64,000 nt of DNA from Felis catus. Taxonomy: Eukaryota. The stretch covers positions 64,234,001 through 64,298,000 of the forward strand of contig NC_058368.1 in the NCBI RefSeq assembly GCF_018350175.1, read 5' to 3'. The notes beneath the pieces are model-generated. The model ran no database searches. It was not told the DNA's origin and saw only the letters and a list, made by a program, of their open reading frames with translations. Both the position numbers and the translations under genes were made by a program. This document shows positions 61,770 through 64,000 of this stretch, piece by piece. Numbering within the stretch: the first letter of the stretch is position 1; the number at the start of each line of letters is the position of its first letter.

Positions 61770-64000
61770 AAATCTTACCTTATTAAAGCTATTTTTTTTA
61801 CCCTTTTTATATTGTCATCTTGCAAAACCTCTACTCTTGTGCTAATGAATGAATGAGCTGCTAGCATGTTGTGGTCTCCACCATTACCACCATTTTATGG
61901 AAACACTCATATTACCGTTAATTTATTTAGATCGGATATGCACAATCTTTGATCAAAATGACCTCTTGCAGTGCAGAAGCTTCCACATTTTGCCAGCAAA
62001 ATCACTTTTACTTCACACGCTCTGTCTGATATTCTTTTCATGATCTCCACATGACAACTCTGAATACATGCCTGAACTCAGCCTATTTTATACCTTACTA
62101 CCTTGAAAAGACTAGTCACAAAATCTGTATCCACAGCACCATCTACTTCCAGTGAATTGCAGCAAGCTCAACAAAAATTTGCTTCAATATTTGCTTCAAT
62201 AATTCCCCCTCCCCATTTTTCTTTCGGTACAAACATTATAATTCCATCACGGTTTAACATAATTAAACACACCCCATTATTCTACATGCCGAAGTCATTT
62301 GCTAATGAGGGGGCAAGGGTTGGGAATGGTGCACAACATTTCAAGCCACCAATAAACTTTTTTGGAGGCTTGGAGCTGAGAGGGTTACGCTATTCTGGCA
62401 CATAGAATTTTTACCAAGATCATAACCTAATTATATTTGTGATACAAGTTAGGCTCAATTTTTTTCAGTAGGAATGCTGCAAAGTGAAGCATGTCATAAG
62501 TTCTAAGGGTAATAGAAACAATTGCTTCAGTGAGCCTAAAACTGTCGTAACAGCCGCGTTGGAGCAGATGGCTCTGCATTTATTCCAGTCTAGGGACCCA
62601 AATTGGCAGTAGTCAAACAAAAATCCTGAAAAGCATGTCAGCAGTTGTGGAAAGAGTTTTTCTTTATTTAAAAAGTTGTTCATTCCATACCATTAAGATT
62701 GCAAATTAAACTGGAGATTTCATTTACCTATTAAAGTATTGAACTCATGGCCTACAATTTATTTACATATATATGTGTATTTGTCATATATATAAATTGT
62801 GGGTCACAAGTTCGAAACATTATTTACATATATACACACATACACACACAAACACATACACACATGTGTACATAATATATGAATATAGATAATAACAATG
62901 CAGTAATTTGTGATCTATACAGTTAATAATTTATAGTTAATGTATAGTAACCTGTTATCTTATGCATTGTAGGTGCAGTATATATATGCAAGTAGTCTTT
63001 GAAATGGGTTAATGCTATATATCAATAGTTGCTAATTCCTGAATTAATATGAGCTAATTTGCATTTTGAATCTATACTACCAGTAGCATAAGGATTTTAA
63101 GGTTTCTTTTTAAACAAACTTGTTTATTCTGTCTTTAAGACAGTGTTCTACCACAGACTACTTGAACTTTACATTAAGCCCAAAATGTGTTCTAGTCAAA
63201 TGACTACACTTGTTGATTAACATCTTTTTATCCTTACTAGTGAGTAATTAATAGTTTCTCCCGAAGCACAATGAAACAAATTTGGCATTTCAGGGCCAAG
63301 ATTCCTAATCTAGCTCTGGAGAAAAAGAAAAGCATCTACATGTTCTCCACCATTTAAAAAAAGTTAATAAAAAAAGAAAGAAAGGATACTACCTTTTCTA
63401 TAATACCATAGAAATAGAACTGTTCTCAAATGAGTTTGGCTCCTTTGTTCTCTTTTACAGAGGACACAGCTAAAGGCAGATGCCTAAAGAGAAGGATTTT
63501 CTCATGATTTTGCCTTTTCAGGGTATTTACTTGAGTGTGAGCTTATCCATTAAATGTGTCCAAATGTTGAGTCTAGAAGCTTGTCTCCAACCTGACTGAT
63601 CCATCATGATCTGCCTATCCACATTATTAGATCGCTTAAAAAACATCTATAATTCTCTTTTATCACAGTATTTACTCATAGTTTTGCAGAATATTTATTA
63701 CTAGCTAAAGAATAGATTTTTCCTACTATAGTGTAATGTTGATAAATCTAGTATCCAAGAAATATTCAGAGCCTAGTATTTATTTCTTCAGATTGATTAT
63801 ATGCTCTTAAACATTTTACTCTGATGATTTACATGACCGTAGTACTTTTTCTTCTGGCCCATGGGAAGATTGAATTTTTATAGCAAATTAATATGTATAC
63901 AGATTAAACAAATAAATGTTAAAGTTTGAAACCTTAAAGGGAAAATAAAAAATTATAAGTGAATTATCTAAATTTTAGGTGCAGAAAGATATTACAAGAC

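Larger units (their letters stand above)
31765..64000 (+). other. GPC5: Intron downstream of the GPC5 exon (5' part of intron 7)
   Basis: Begins GTAAGT; the terminal GPI-signal exon is not seen in the window. Confidence 0.8.

Overview
Mammalian, AT-rich, repeat-laden intronic DNA from a carnivore, almost certainly a felid. It carries about 29 tRNA-derived Can-SINE (SINEC_Fc-type) copies, including five very young ones, and a felid-type L1 3' end. The only coding sequence I can support is one 157-nt internal exon on the + strand (31608-31764). Its translation (LLQGRSPKPNKWELQMGSGGGMAEQVSGECDDEDGCGGSGSGEVKRTLKITD) matches, from memory, the heparan-sulfate attachment region in the penultimate exon (exon 7) of glypican-5 (GPC5). 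The rest would be GPC5 intron 6 (left) and intron 7 (right), with SINEs, old L1M/L2 fragments, solo LTRs (MLT1, MER34-like, MER31-like), MER5-type DNA transposons and microsatellites. The other ORFs in the track are repeat-derived or chance. I found no convincing new biological system. The best-supported oddities are structural: (1) a ~400-bp, ~97% identical inverted copy of a SINE plus both flanks, inserted 2.7 kb away with no TSD or poly(A); (2) a twin-primed, 5'-inverted L1 with a 24-nt junction duplication; (3) two SINEs inserted at the same target site, leaving a triplicated TSD; (4) a CpG-rich patch beside the duplication. Several speculative splice-signal configurations could truncate GPC5 before its GPI-anchor signal. 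Repeat family names are from memory of consensus sequences, not from a search.
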